From: Syntrophorhabdaceae bacterium
GTDB lineage: Bacteria > Desulfobacterota > Syntrophorhabdia > Syntrophorhabdales > Syntrophorhabdaceae
DNA: 64,000 nt
Assembly: GCA_963666485.2 (NCBI GenBank)
Contig: CAXXUO010000009.1
Coordinates: 224,001 to 288,000, forward strand
Reading direction: 5' to 3'
Shown piece after piece: positions 11,220 to 21,457 of this stretch. The translations under genes were made by a program, and so were the position numbers. The notes beneath the pieces were generated by a model. The model was not told the origin of the DNA. It saw only the letters and a list, made by a program, of their open reading frames with translations, and ran no database searches. The stretch's first letter is position 1. Every line of letters starts with the position of its first letter.

Positions 11220-11678
11220 TCATTTTGCAACGGCCGCTCCCAGGACCGGGTCGATGTCTATCCGTATCGCTTTTCGGCCCCCCGTGAGCGTGATCCTGCC
11301 CCAGTTCGACCCGCCCGACCCGTTGAAAACAACGGTATATTCACCTCGCATCATGTCCCCTTCCAGCGGGTCCGTTATCCTGACAGCCACATCACCGGGT
11401 ATCCTGCGCGTCTGAACCCCGGGGATGCCGTATCGCCCGGTGTCGAGGTTGATAAAGACCGACCGCGGTTCTCCGCTGTTCCTCGCGAGCAGACGCGCGA
11501 ACCGCAGCATTGCCGACATCTCGCGCCCTGTCGCCGTCAAGTTCTCGGACGGCAACCGGTTTGCGAAAAAGACCGTCGAAACCCCCAGGATGATAACGAT
11601 AAGCACCATGACCATCATTATTTCGATGAGGGTGAAACCCGCGCTTCCCCGATGTTTTCTAAAAGAACGTGTGTGCAT
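11220..11678 (-). CDS. gspH: T2SS minor pseudopilin GspH/FimT-like
   Basis: SAG|FTLIEIMMVM, LRFARLLA, VFNGSGGS. Confidence 0.82.
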   Translation of the reverse strand: MHTRSFRKHRGSAGFTLIEIMMVMVLIVIILGVSTVFFANRLPSENLTATGREMSAMLRFARLLARNSGEPRSVFINLDTGRYGIPGVQTRRIPGDVAVRITDPLEGDMMRGEYTVVFNGSGGSNWGRITLTGGRKAIRIDIDPVLGAAVAK

Positions 11679-11687
11679 AGTACCCTC

Positions 11688-12881
11688 TCAGAACGGAAGC
11701 TCCAGGATGCTGAAGACCGCCATCAGCATCGATACAACGATAAATGCGATGATAATGCCCATTGCCAGGATGATGGCCGGTTCAAGGAGGCTCATAAATC
11801 TTTTGACAGCGTCCCTGAGCCCTTTTTCGTATGCGGCCGCGACCTTGAGGAGCATGACATCGAGCTGCCCCGTCTCCTCCCCCACCTTGATCATGGAAAG
11901 GGCAAGCCGGGGAAAGATGCCTGCATCCATGAGGGGCGCCGCGATGCCCTTGCCTTCCCGGACGTTCCTGACTATGGCGTCGATCGAGCCGGCGACGATC
12001 CTGTTCCCTATCACGTCCTTGGAATTGTTGAGCGCCTGCAGGAAAGGCACCCCGCTCTTGAGAAGGGTCCCTAAGGTCCTGCAAAAACGGGCTGTCTCCA
12101 GTTTCATCACGACGTCGCGAAAAAGTTTGAGCTTCATCTCGTCCCATTTGTAGGCGCCGCGTTCGGTCCTTGAATAGAACCGGGCAAGGAGGAGCACCCC
12201 GGCAATGACCGGGAAGATTATCCACCAGTAGGAACGGAGCAGCGTGCTGACACCGAGGATAAAACGCGTCGACAGGGGAAGTGTGCCGCCTATCTCGCTG
12301 AATATCGCGGAAAACCGGGGGAGAACAAAGGTAAGGAGGATGATTATGGAAATGCCGCCGGTCACGGTGAGGATAAGCGGGTAGACCATTGCGGACACGA
12401 CATTGTCCTTAAGTTCCTTCGCTGTTTCCAGGAATTCGTTGAGCTTGTCGAGAACGATGTCGAGGACCCCTCCCGTTTCCCCGGCGCGCACCATGCTCAC
12501 GTAGAGCTTCGGGAAAATATCGGGATATTTCTTCAGGGCGTCCGAGAAGGAATTTCCCTCCCTGATCCCGGTAAGCACCGAATTTATGACCTCCTTCATC
12601 CGCGCTCCCTCCGATATGTCGGAAAGGATATTGAGGCTGCGGTCGATCGGAAGGCCCGCCCCGAGAAGGGCCGACAGTTCGGTTGTGAAGGTGAGCAGGT
12701 CTCCCCGCGACGACCGCAGGGAAAGCCGCCGTCCCGCAACGGCTTCGGGCACGGATATCCGGATGGGTATGATGCCCGTGTTCCGTATCTTCTCGGCCGC
12801 GGACTGTTCATTGGGCGCATCGACAACCCCTTCGATAATATTTCCCTCGAACGTTGTGGCAGTATAGGAATACATTGCCAC
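11688..12881 (-). CDS. gspF: T2SS inner-membrane platform protein GspF
   Basis: LLGAGLPI, MVRAGETGG, SAMVYP, LLKSGVP, GEETGQLD, LLEPAII. Confidence 0.95.
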   Translation of the reverse strand: MAMYSYTATTFEGNIIEGVVDAPNEQSAAEKIRNTGIIPIRISVPEAVAGRRLSLRSSRGDLLTFTTELSALLGAGLPIDRSLNILSDISEGARMKEVINSVLTGIREGNSFSDALKKYPDIFPKLYVSMVRAGETGGVLDIVLDKLNEFLETAKELKDNVVSAMVYPLILTVTGGISIIILLTFVLPRFSAIFSEIGGTLPLSTRFILGVSTLLRSYWWIIFPVIAGVLLLARFYSRTERGAYKWDEMKLKLFRDVVMKLETARFCRTLGTLLKSGVPFLQALNNSKDVIGNRIVAGSIDAIVRNVREGKGIAAPLMDAGIFPRLALSMIKVGEETGQLDVMLLKVAAAYEKGLRDAVKRFMSLLEPAIILAMGIIIAFIVVSMLMAVFSILELPF

Positions 12882-14423
12882 TTAATCCTCCCGTGTGACC
12901 CTGAACACCTCTCTCAAGGTTGTCGATCCTGCTTCAATCTTTGCAATGCCGTCCTCGAGCAGTGTTCTCATGCCTTCCTTGCGCGCAGCCTCGCGGATCT
13001 GCCCTTCGTCCGCGTTCTTCAAGATCAGCCTGCGTATGGCGTCGTCGACGATAAGGAATTCGAAAAGGCCCATGCGCCCCCGGAAACCTGTATAGGAACA
13101 GGCCTCGCACCCCTTCCCGCGGAAGACGGGGGCGTCTTCGGCGAAACCGAGCGCGATGAGCTCCTGCAATTGCTGTGATGATGTGTCTTCAGTCCTGCAT
13201 TCTGCGCAGATGACCCGGACCAGCCTCTGGGCCAGGATGCCGCGTATCGTCGAGGACAGCAGGAATGCCTCGACCCCCATGTCAAGGAGTCGTGTAATGG
13301 CGCTCGGTGCATCGTTCGTGTGCAGGGTAGAAAAGACAAGATGCCCCGTAAGGGCGGCTTGAATGGCGATTTCGGCGGTTTCGAGGTCCCTGATCTCCCC
13401 GATCATGATCACATCGGGGTCCTGGCGGACGATATGCCGCAGCGTGCTCGCGAAACTCAAGCCTATGTTCGGGCGCACCTGTATCTGGTTTACCCCTTTA
13501 AGCTGATATTCGATCGGGTCTTCGACGGTGATGATCTTTTTATCCGGTGAATTTATCTTGTCGAGGGCCCCGTACAGTGTCGTTGTCTTCCCGCTTCCCG
13601 TCGGCCCCGTGACGAGTATGATGCCGTTCGGCCTCTGGATGAGCTGGTCGAAATCCTTCAGCATGCCCGGCATGAACCCGAGGACGTCAAGATCGATGAC
13701 GATGCTTTCCTTGTCGAGGATCCTCATGACGATGCTTTCCCCGTGCAGGATGGGTATGGTTGAAACGCGGAGGTCGATCTCCCTGTCGCCGACGAGGAGC
13801 CGTATGCGGCCATCCTGCGGCAGCCTGCGTTCCGCTATGTTCAGCTTCGCCATGATCTTGATCCGGGAGACGATGGCGGCCTGCAGCCTTTTCGGCGCGG
13901 ACTCGACATCGCTGAGAACGCCGTCGATCCGATAGCGCACCTTGACCTCGTCTGCGAAGGGCTCGATATGGATATCGCTCGCCCTGCTCTCGACCGCCCG
14001 CGTTATCAGGAGATTGACAAGCTTTATGATCGGCGCTTCCGAGGCGAGGTCCTTGAGATGGCCTATGTCCTCCTCGTCGATCCCGTTCGCGAGGCCCTGC
14101 CCCTCCTCGTCGATGCCTTCTATGATCCGGTTGATGTTCTGATCTTCCTGGCTGTAGAACTTCGACAGGAGTTCGTCGATCGTTTCCCTATCGCCTGTGT
14201 ACACTTCTACATCCCCTGCCGTCGCCACGCGAAGCGCGTCTATGAGGTCACGGTCCGCGGGATCGGCCATGATGACCTTGAGAACTTCATTTTTCAGTTC
14301 AAAAGGTATCACCCTGTTCTCCCGGATAAAGCGGGTCGATATGCCCTCGATGACGAGCGGGACCTTCGGAAACTCTTCAGGGCTCAAAAAGGTTACCTTC
14401 TTCTCTGCCATGGCAGTTGTCAT
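12882..14423 (-). CDS. gspE: T2SS ATPase GspE
   Basis: ASDIHIEP, RLPQDGR, GPTGSGKTTT, TVEDPIEY, RQDPDVIMIGEIRD, HTND, two CxxC motifs. Confidence 0.96.
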   Translation of the reverse strand: MTTAMAEKKVTFLSPEEFPKVPLVIEGISTRFIRENRVIPFELKNEVLKVIMADPADRDLIDALRVATAGDVEVYTGDRETIDELLSKFYSQEDQNINRIIEGIDEEGQGLANGIDEEDIGHLKDLASEAPIIKLVNLLITRAVESRASDIHIEPFADEVKVRYRIDGVLSDVESAPKRLQAAIVSRIKIMAKLNIAERRLPQDGRIRLLVGDREIDLRVSTIPILHGESIVMRILDKESIVIDLDVLGFMPGMLKDFDQLIQRPNGIILVTGPTGSGKTTTLYGALDKINSPDKKIITVEDPIEYQLKGVNQIQVRPNIGLSFASTLRHIVRQDPDVIMIGEIRDLETAEIAIQAALTGHLVFSTLHTNDAPSAITRLLDMGVEAFLLSSTIRGILAQRLVRVICAECRTEDTSSQQLQELIALGFAEDAPVFRGKGCEACSYTGFRGRMGLFEFLIVDDAIRRLILKNADEGQIREAARKEGMRTLLEDGIAKIEAGSTTLREVFRVTRED

Positions 14424-16777
14424 TCGATACCGGGCGGTACGGGGCCTGGCGCAGCGGGGCCGGGCGGTTTGTTTGCGGGTGCCGGGGTTGCCGGGGAGGG
14501 TTTGGAAGGCACCCCGCTGCCCGTACCCGGCGCGGCCTGGGGTATCGGCTGGTTGAGAAGCTCCTGCCTCTTGATATCGGTCTCGCTCTTCGGGATGCCG
14601 CCTTTGTCGCTCATGGGCGCGGGCGGGATCGTCACCGGCTTCTGTTTTATCAGGTCTTCCCTCTTGATCTTGCCTTTTCCCGTTTTTGTCACGCTGTCGA
14701 CATAATCAGACGTGACGTTGGCAGCGTCGATATGATTCCGTATTACCCGCGGAGTGAGCAGGATGATGAGCTCGGTGCGCTCGGTATTGTCGTCGGTGGT
14801 CCCGAAGAGCCATCCCAGGATCGGTATCTTGCTGAGGAAAGGTATCCCTGAACGCGACCGCGATATATCGTCGCGGATCAGCCCGCCGATGATTATCGTA
14901 TTGCCGTCCTGGCAGACGAGGCTGGTCGTTGTTTCCGTCTTGTTAAGCACAATGTAGTCTTCGTTGTCGAAAAGCTTGATGGTGGTATAGTTCGAGACCT
15001 CCTGCGCAAGGTCGAGCGTAACGAGGCCCCCCTCGTTGATGCGCGGTTTCACCTTGAGGATGATGCCGATGTCCTTGTACTGGACGGTACGCTGGGGGGC
15101 GATCGTCCCCGAGCCAAAGGTTTCCGATGAGACGACCGGTACCTGCTGGCCGACCTGGATCCGCGCCTCCTTGTTGTCCGACACAAGGATATGCGGCACC
15201 GCGAGCAGCTTCGCCCGGTTGTCGATGGCGAGCATGTCGATAACTGTCTTGAAATCTCCTCCGACGTTCCCCGCGAACGTGAACGTGCCCAGGCCCGTTG
15301 CGGCATTGGGGGTCGAACCGGGGACATTGAAACCGACCACGCCCTCGACCGCGCCCAGGACACCGTTCATCCCATCCTTATTGATCTGAAGGGCCCACGA
15401 GATGCCGAGCTTCAGTTCGTCCTTCAGTGTGACCTGCGCCACCACTCCCTCGAGGAGGACCTGTCGGGGTATAACGTCAATGCGCGCAACCGCGGTCTTA
15501 ATGAATTCGTAATCTTCCGGCGTAGACAAGATAATGAGGGCATTCAGGTTTTCGTCCGCGATGATCTTCGTGATGGGGGACACGAGAAGTTCACCGGTTG
15601 GCTGGCCGCCTGTCGATTGCATGGACGGCCTTGGCGGCTGCTGGGCAGCAGCCGGTTGCGCTGCAGGTCCCCCCGGGGTCGCCGGTCCGGCGGATGTTGT
15701 CACAGGCTGTGCGGGCGGCCTCTGGGAAAGAAGTACCTGCTGCAGAATAGCGGCGACGTCCTTCGCCTTGCCGTTTTGAACGTTATAGACCGACACCTGC
15801 GGTTTCTTGAGCTTGGTCTGCTCGCCGTCAAAGAAATTGATAAGGGTCAACAGCCTTTTGACGTTGGAATCGGTATCGACGATCATAATGTGGTTGATAT
15901 TGGGCAGTTCGATAACGACAGCCGTCTGCGTGAGAAAAGGCGTTATCAGCTTGACCGTCTCCGAGGAATGGACGTGCACGAGAGGCACGACCTGTATTAT
16001 CGATTTACCCTGGACAGGGATGGCTCCCGGGTCCCGGCCGAACTTGATCTGGGCAGGTTCTTTTGCCACCTCGCTGATGGGAACGATCCTGTACAGGCCG
16101 CTCTCTTCGACAACACCTATACCGTTGATCCTGAGGATCGTCTCCATGACAGGAAGGACCTGGTCGAGCGACACGGGCGCCACTGACCGGAACGTCACGC
16201 GCCCCTTGACCCGTTGATCGACAATGTAATTTACCTTGAGGATCTCCCCGAATATTGTCTGTATAACGGAATAGACATCGGCATCGTCGAAATTCAGGCT
16301 GATGCGGCCCGCACCCGGCCGCGCAGGGCTCACGGGCCTCGGGGGTTGGCCGGGCTGAACAGAGGGTGATAACGGCTGCCTGCGCAAGGCGGCCGGATGA
16401 GTTTCTCCCGGCGTGCCAAACTGTGCAGGCGGAGATTTAGATGCCTCAGGCCCCGCTGGTGGAGGCGGAACCTGAGGCTGCGGAGACTGCGATATCCCCG
16501 GCGTCGAGGTGGGTTGTGCCGGAGATTCGCCAGGAGGCAAGATGGACTTACCGGGGGGCTCTGCCTCACGCTGCGGGGCGCCAACGGGCACAGCCTGTGC
16601 GATGCCGGGTTGTGCCGGTGTGCTCCGGGTGATGCCCTCCTTCACCTGGCTGGCCTTTCCGAGGATGGTCATGGAAGACTCGGCCCCCGCGAAAACAGGC
16701 AGACAGGTGAAAAGAATGCCGATTATGCCCTTCCCGATAAAGTGTATAAAAAAAGACCGGAGTGTCATATTATGCAT
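14420..16777 (-). CDS. gspD: T2SS secretin GspD
   Basis: SLNFDDAD N0 domain, IDVIPRQVLLEG, DNKEARIQVG, GIILKVKP, IIGGLI, GIPFLSKIPILGWLF, ELIILLTPRVI. Confidence 0.95.
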   Translation of the reverse strand: MHNMTLRSFFIHFIGKGIIGILFTCLPVFAGAESSMTILGKASQVKEGITRSTPAQPGIAQAVPVGAPQREAEPPGKSILPPGESPAQPTSTPGISQSPQPQVPPPPAGPEASKSPPAQFGTPGETHPAALRRQPLSPSVQPGQPPRPVSPARPGAGRISLNFDDADVYSVIQTIFGEILKVNYIVDQRVKGRVTFRSVAPVSLDQVLPVMETILRINGIGVVEESGLYRIVPISEVAKEPAQIKFGRDPGAIPVQGKSIIQVVPLVHVHSSETVKLITPFLTQTAVVIELPNINHIMIVDTDSNVKRLLTLINFFDGEQTKLKKPQVSVYNVQNGKAKDVAAILQQVLLSQRPPAQPVTTSAGPATPGGPAAQPAAAQQPPRPSMQSTGGQPTGELLVSPITKIIADENLNALIILSTPEDYEFIKTAVARIDVIPRQVLLEGVVAQVTLKDELKLGISWALQINKDGMNGVLGAVEGVVGFNVPGSTPNAATGLGTFTFAGNVGGDFKTVIDMLAIDNRAKLLAVPHILVSDNKEARIQVGQQVPVVSSETFGSGTIAPQRTVQYKDIGIILKVKPRINEGGLVTLDLAQEVSNYTTIKLFDNEDYIVLNKTETTTSLVCQDGNTIIIGGLIRDDISRSRSGIPFLSKIPILGWLFGTTDDNTERTELIILLTPRVIRNHIDAANVTSDYVDSVTKTGKGKIKREDLIKQKPVTIPPAPMSDKGGIPKSETDIKRQELLNQPIPQAAPGTGSGVPSKPSPATPAPANKPPGPAAPGPVPPGIE

Positions 16778-16780
16778 GAT

Positions 16781-17206
16781 CTATTGCCAGCTCATTATAT
16801 CGGCGTCTTCTCCCTCGCCGCCGGGCGAGCCGTCCCTCCCGAGTGAATAGAGGTCATATTCGCCGTGGCTTCCCGGGCACTGGTACACGTACGACCTTCC
16901 CCAGGGATCGTTTGGCAGCGCCTTCTTGAGGTACGGGCCCTCCCAGTTGGGAACGCCGGGATTTGTGACCAGCGCACTCAAGCCTTCCTGGGTCGCAGGG
17001 TACCGTCCCACATCGAGCCTGAATTGATCGAGCGCCTGGCCTAAGAGTTCTATCTGGGCCTTTGCCGCGGCCTGCTTTCCCTTGCCCAGCTTCGGAAAAA
17101 GCTTGGGTGCGACCAGGGCCGCCAAGAGCCCTACGATGACCATGACGACGAGCAGTTCTATAAGTGTGAAACCCTTATTATCCCGCCTGATAAAGATCTT
17201 TTTCAT
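16781..17206 (-). CDS. gspG: T2SS major pseudopilin GspG
   Basis: KG|FTLIELLVV, ALDQFRLDVGRYP, WEGPYL, DPWG, SLGRDG..GGEGEDADI. Confidence 0.96.
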   Translation of the reverse strand: MKKIFIRRDNKGFTLIELLVVMVIVGLLAALVAPKLFPKLGKGKQAAAKAQIELLGQALDQFRLDVGRYPATQEGLSALVTNPGVPNWEGPYLKKALPNDPWGRSYVYQCPGSHGEYDLYSLGRDGSPGGEGEDADIMSWQ

Positions 17207-17413
17207 CCCTGAACCCCCGGCTGACCCGCTTACGGTGCGGAACGCCCCGTTTTTGAAATGTCCTGTGTATTGCTCAAGAAGTCCCTATCTGAAGAATACG
17301 AAAATTCCCCCGGGGTGTATGTCGTTGAAACAACAATAATCTTGTCATACTTCCGAAAATGGGCCTGTCACCAGAAGCGAGGATAACGAGGGGAGAAAAC
17401 CCCGGGGATGGGC

Positions 17414-18787
17414 TCAGGCTGATTCGCGTTTCTTGAAATCGTCCGGGCTCAGTTTGTGTTTCTTGAGAAGGTCATACAGGTCTGCACGGTATTTCCCGGC
17501 ATACCTGGCAACCTCGGAAATGTTGCCCCTGCACGTCTCGAGGAGGTAGATGAGATAACTTTTTTCGAACGCATCCTTTGCCTGTTTCAGGGGGCGGACC
17601 GGGTCCTGGGACACAACGCCTTTTGTCTGGAGGACCAGGTCGTCCGTTATATACTCCCTGTCGGTCATTGCAGCCGCGTACTCTATGACATTTTCAAGTT
17701 CCCGGATATTCCCCGGCCAGTCATAGAGCATGAGCTTTTGCATTGCCTGCGGCGTCACGCCTTTGATATTTTTTTTCATGAGCGATGCCGCTTTCTCCAC
17801 GAAGAAATCGACGAGCGGAGGAACGTCCTCCTTGCGCTCCCGCAGGGCCGGCAGGTATATAGGGATAACATGGATCCTGTAGTAGAGGTCCTCGCGGAAA
17901 AGCTCCAGCCGGACAAGTTCCTCGAGGTTCTTGTTCGTCGCCGTGATTATCCTGACATCCACGTCAATGATCTTTTCGCTGCCCACGGGACGGACCTGCT
18001 TTTCCTGGATGACCCTGAGCATTTTCGCCTGGATGGAGAGCGGCATATCCGCTATCTCATCGAGGAATATCGTTCCTCCATGGGCCTGGAGGAACAGGCC
18101 CCTTGCCTCCTTGATCGCCCCGCTGAAGGCCCCTTTCTCATGCCCGAAAAGATTGCTTTCAAGCAGGGGTTCGGGCAGGGCGGCGCAGTTGATGGCAACG
18201 AACGCCCGGTCCTTCCGGTTGCTGGCCACGTGAATTGCCTTTGCGATGAGGTCCTTGCCGGTACCGCTCTCCCCGAGAAGGACAATCGTGGAATCCGTCT
18301 TTGCGATCCTCGAAATGGTCTCGAGGACCTCCTGCATTTTCTTGCTCTTCGCTATGATGTTGGCAAAGCTGTACCGTGATTCGAGAAGTTCCTTCAGCCT
18401 TTCGATCTCTGTGGACATGCGCCTGTTATCCATTATTTTTCGTATCTCGAACAGAAGGACCTCGGAATCGAAGGGTTTAGTGAGGTAGCTATACGCCCCG
18501 CGCTTCATGGCATCGACGGCATTGGCTATGCTGCCGTACCCGGTCAGGATGATGACAGGGATCTGCGGGTTGACTGCATGGATCCTTTCCATGAGGGTTA
18601 TACCGTCTATCCCGACAAGCTGAAGATCAAGCAGGGCGAGGTCAATGGCTTCTTCTCTTACGTATATCATGGCCTCTGATGCGTTGGTTGCTGCCGCCAC
18701 ATCGTACCCGGCCGCCTCGAGGCCGAGCGCGATCAATTCGAGGAGATTTCTTTCATCATCAACAACAAGGATCTTTCCCAGCGGCAT
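17414..18787 (-). CDS. Sigma-54-dependent response regulator (NtrC/GlrR-like)
   Basis: REC domain, GESGTGKD, FGHEKGAFSGA, FLDEI, FREDLYYRI, WPGNIRELEN, Fis HTH. Confidence 0.93.
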   Translation of the reverse strand: MPLGKILVVDDERNLLELIALGLEAAGYDVAAATNASEAMIYVREEAIDLALLDLQLVGIDGITLMERIHAVNPQIPVIILTGYGSIANAVDAMKRGAYSYLTKPFDSEVLLFEIRKIMDNRRMSTEIERLKELLESRYSFANIIAKSKKMQEVLETISRIAKTDSTIVLLGESGTGKDLIAKAIHVASNRKDRAFVAINCAALPEPLLESNLFGHEKGAFSGAIKEARGLFLQAHGGTIFLDEIADMPLSIQAKMLRVIQEKQVRPVGSEKIIDVDVRIITATNKNLEELVRLELFREDLYYRIHVIPIYLPALRERKEDVPPLVDFFVEKAASLMKKNIKGVTPQAMQKLMLYDWPGNIRELENVIEYAAAMTDREYITDDLVLQTKGVVSQDPVRPLKQAKDAFEKSYLIYLLETCRGNISEVARYAGKYRADLYDLLKKHKLSPDDFKKRESA

Positions 18788-18806
18788 AGCGACCCCCTTC
18801 ACCAGA

Positions 18807-20252
18807 TCATATCGGCAGAGTGAAAATAAACGTGGCGCCTTTTCCCGGCTCGCTCTTGGCCCACACGGAACCCCCGTGTGCCGTAATGATATGCTTGACA
18901 AAAGCGAGACCAAGCCCGGTTCCCTTTATCGGGCCGGAAGACCTTACAGGCGATTGGTGGAATTTCTCGAAGATCGTTTCGAGGCTTTCCTCGGGAATAC
19001 CCGGGCCGGTATCGTGTATCGAAAATTCCAGGCTGCCGTTATGCCGGTACACGTCTATGGATATCAGGCCATTCTCCGGGGCAAACTTGACCGCATTCCC
19101 GACCAGGTTGCGGATCGCCTGGAGGATCCTCTCCCTGTCGAGCCGTACGGGGGGCAGCGTATCTTCCTGCCCGCCGAACTGCATGGTGACCCGGACCTTC
19201 TTCGCCTCGATGAGGGGCGTCATCTCGTCGACGACCCTGCGTACAAGCGCGGGAAGATCGTCATAGCGCAAAGCGAAGGGCATCATTCCCGCCTCCATTT
19301 TGGAGAGCTCAAGTATGGTATTGACGATCTCGATGAGCCTGTTCGTTTCTTCGGACAATATGGTAAAGATCCTCTTCTGCTTGTCCGGCATCGGACCCGC
19401 AATACGGTCGCGCAAGAGGCTTATGCCCTGTTTTATCGAAGCGAGCGGGGTCCGCAACTCATGCGACATCGCTGCGATAAAGCCCGATTTCATCGAATCG
19501 ACCTCTTTGAGCTTCTCGCACATCCTGTTCAGCTCTCCGGCAAGTTCCGACACCTCACGGGGTGATGCAATGGAGAGGTCTCCCTCGAAGACCCCCCGTG
19601 ATATCTCCCGCGTCTTTTCCCTGAGAAGATGAAGCGGTTTCGTGATGCCGCGGGCATTGAGGAACAGGCCGATCGCCATGAAGGCCGCGGCTGTCGCGAA
19701 CAGGATAATGGATATCTTCTGGGACCTTGCGGCGGTCTGCTGAAGCATCGCCATCCTCAAACCGGTATCCCTTTCGTACATGCCCTTAAGGGCCTTCAGG
19801 TCATCTGAAATATCCCCGGCAATCCTGTCCGGCTTTTTGAGGTCGCCCGGACCGCTGTCGGTCCTTATTCCCTCTATCTGCGTATTGATGAGGGTCCGGT
19901 AATTGTCATAGCCCGATATTATCCGGGCAAGGGCATCTTTCTTCTCCGGTGTATCGACGGAGGACGACATCCTGGCGAGATATGCTTCAAATTCCTTCTG
20001 CCCGTCGATGATCGGGCGAAGGAATGCCACATCGCGGGCAACAATGAACCTGCGCATGGATAATCTCTGGGACTCGAGCGAATGCGCCAATCGCTCGTTG
20101 AGATCGAGACCGTTCCGGTCCTGTTGAAAGATCACATTCACCTCGACGTTCAGGCGATGTAGCGCCCACACCGAGTATGCATTGATCATCCCAAGAAAAA
20201 TGATCACAGCAAAATAACTGAAAAGAAGGCGTGAAAAAATATTCAAACGCAT
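18807..20252 (-). CDS. Membrane HAMP sensor histidine kinase (GlrK-like)
   Basis: Two TM helices flanking a periplasmic helical domain, HAMP, SHELRTPL, NLVGNAVKF, DTGPGI, GTGLGL. Confidence 0.93.
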   Translation of the reverse strand: MRLNIFSRLLFSYFAVIIFLGMINAYSVWALHRLNVEVNVIFQQDRNGLDLNERLAHSLESQRLSMRRFIVARDVAFLRPIIDGQKEFEAYLARMSSSVDTPEKKDALARIISGYDNYRTLINTQIEGIRTDSGPGDLKKPDRIAGDISDDLKALKGMYERDTGLRMAMLQQTAARSQKISIILFATAAAFMAIGLFLNARGITKPLHLLREKTREISRGVFEGDLSIASPREVSELAGELNRMCEKLKEVDSMKSGFIAAMSHELRTPLASIKQGISLLRDRIAGPMPDKQKRIFTILSEETNRLIEIVNTILELSKMEAGMMPFALRYDDLPALVRRVVDEMTPLIEAKKVRVTMQFGGQEDTLPPVRLDRERILQAIRNLVGNAVKFAPENGLISIDVYRHNGSLEFSIHDTGPGIPEESLETIFEKFHQSPVRSSGPIKGTGLGLAFVKHIITAHGGSVWAKSEPGKGATFIFTLPI

Positions 20253-20477
20253 CGAGCACCTAATATCGAATCGTTTCGCCGGCTTTGTTCTGAAACGGGG
20301 GACGGGTTACATCATACTTGTTTTCTTTTGCATTCCGGTTAACATGGATGTGCAGGAAAAACCCTGCGCTGTATGAAATGACCTGGGGGAAAAACCCTTC
20401 ATTTGAAACCGTACAGATAAATTGCCCGAAACTCATAAATCGTTTAACTCCGGTAGTATAGCACAATTTTTTCTCCG

Positions 20478-20493
20478 AGGCACGTCATTTGCT
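20478..20493 (+). promoter_or_regulatory. Sigma-54 (-24/-12) promoter
   Basis: AGGCACGTCATTTGCT: GG-N10-GC, matching GGCAC-N5-TTGC, 70 bp upstream of the ATG at 20563. Confidence 0.75.
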
Positions 20494-20562
20494 CTTTCTA
20501 TCGCACCAATCCAAATGGATACCGTTCAATGGCTTGGTAATTTTGACTGTGGGGAGGCCTTA

Positions 20563-21390
20563 ATGAATCACAGGGCAAACGTAAGTTCCGGAGTGTCGAT
20601 CTTTGCGATATGGCTTATCGCCGGCGCACTTCTTCTGGGACTTTTCGCGGGAAGCGCATCGGCAGCAAGCGTCGCGCTCGCCTGGAACGCAGCGGCAGGC
20701 GTGTCCGGGTACAAGATCTATTATGGAACGGCAAGCGGCACCTACACGGCCAGCGTCAAGGCGGGGAACGTGACGGCCTATACCGTTGCAAATCTTGCCG
20801 ACGCCACGAAGTATTATTTCACCGTCACCGCCTATGATTCATCAGGCATTGAAAGCGACCATTCAAACGAGGTAACTGCGGGCGGCGGCACCTCGTGCAC
20901 GTACGCTATCTCCCCGTCGAGCGCTTCTTTCACGTCAAGCGGCGGCACCGGAAGCATATCCGTTACAGCCGGCAGCGGCTGTTCGTGGAGCACGTCGACC
21001 GGCGTCTCCTGGATAACGATCTCATCCGGGTCAACAGGCACCGGGAGCGGCACGATATCATACAAGGTAGCCGCCAACACCGGCTCCGCGCGCACAGCAT
21101 CGTTCACCGTGGCCGGAAAGACCTTCACGGTGTCCCAGTCGGCGGCGTCATCGGGCACAACGACGAAATATACCATAACGATCAGATATGCCGGGACCGG
21201 CTCCGGTACGGTCACTGCAAGTCCCGCGGGCCCGTATGCATACGGCACATACGTCAAGCTCACCGCCGTACCGAACACCGGTTCGGTCTTCGCCGGCTGG
21301 TCAGGATTATGCTCCGGCAGCACAAATACGACATGTTCGGGATATGTGTACAACAACTATACCGCCACGGCCACTTTCAACAGGAAGTAA
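20563..21390 (+). CDS. Secreted Ser/Thr/Gly-rich protein: FN3 + BACON-like + InlB-B-repeat-like domains
   Basis: GGAGG RBS; signal peptide ending ASA; LAWN...GYKIYYG...YYFTVTAYD..G.ES..SNE (FN3); CSWS...SWITI...AANTG..R (BACON-like); LTAVP..GSVFAGWSG.C. Confidence 0.85.
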   Translation: MNHRANVSSGVSIFAIWLIAGALLLGLFAGSASAASVALAWNAAAGVSGYKIYYGTASGTYTASVKAGNVTAYTVANLADATKYYFTVTAYDSSGIESDHSNEVTAGGGTSCTYAISPSSASFTSSGGTGSISVTAGSGCSWSTSTGVSWITISSGSTGTGSGTISYKVAANTGSARTASFTVAGKTFTVSQSAASSGTTTKYTITIRYAGTGSGTVTASPAGPYAYGTYVKLTAVPNTGSVFAGWSGLCSGSTNTTCSGYVYNNYTATATFNRK

Positions 21391-21457
21391 CCGGAAGGGG
21401 CGAGGCACTGCACGTGAACATGACATGTGTTAAAGTAGTACATAAAGGAGGCGTTTC

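Noticed and set aside
20260..20466. 68-aa minus-strand ORF, and the long N-terminal extension of the 20422 ORF
   Set aside because: Both overlap the divergent promoter region; the RBS and signal peptide support the start at 20563.
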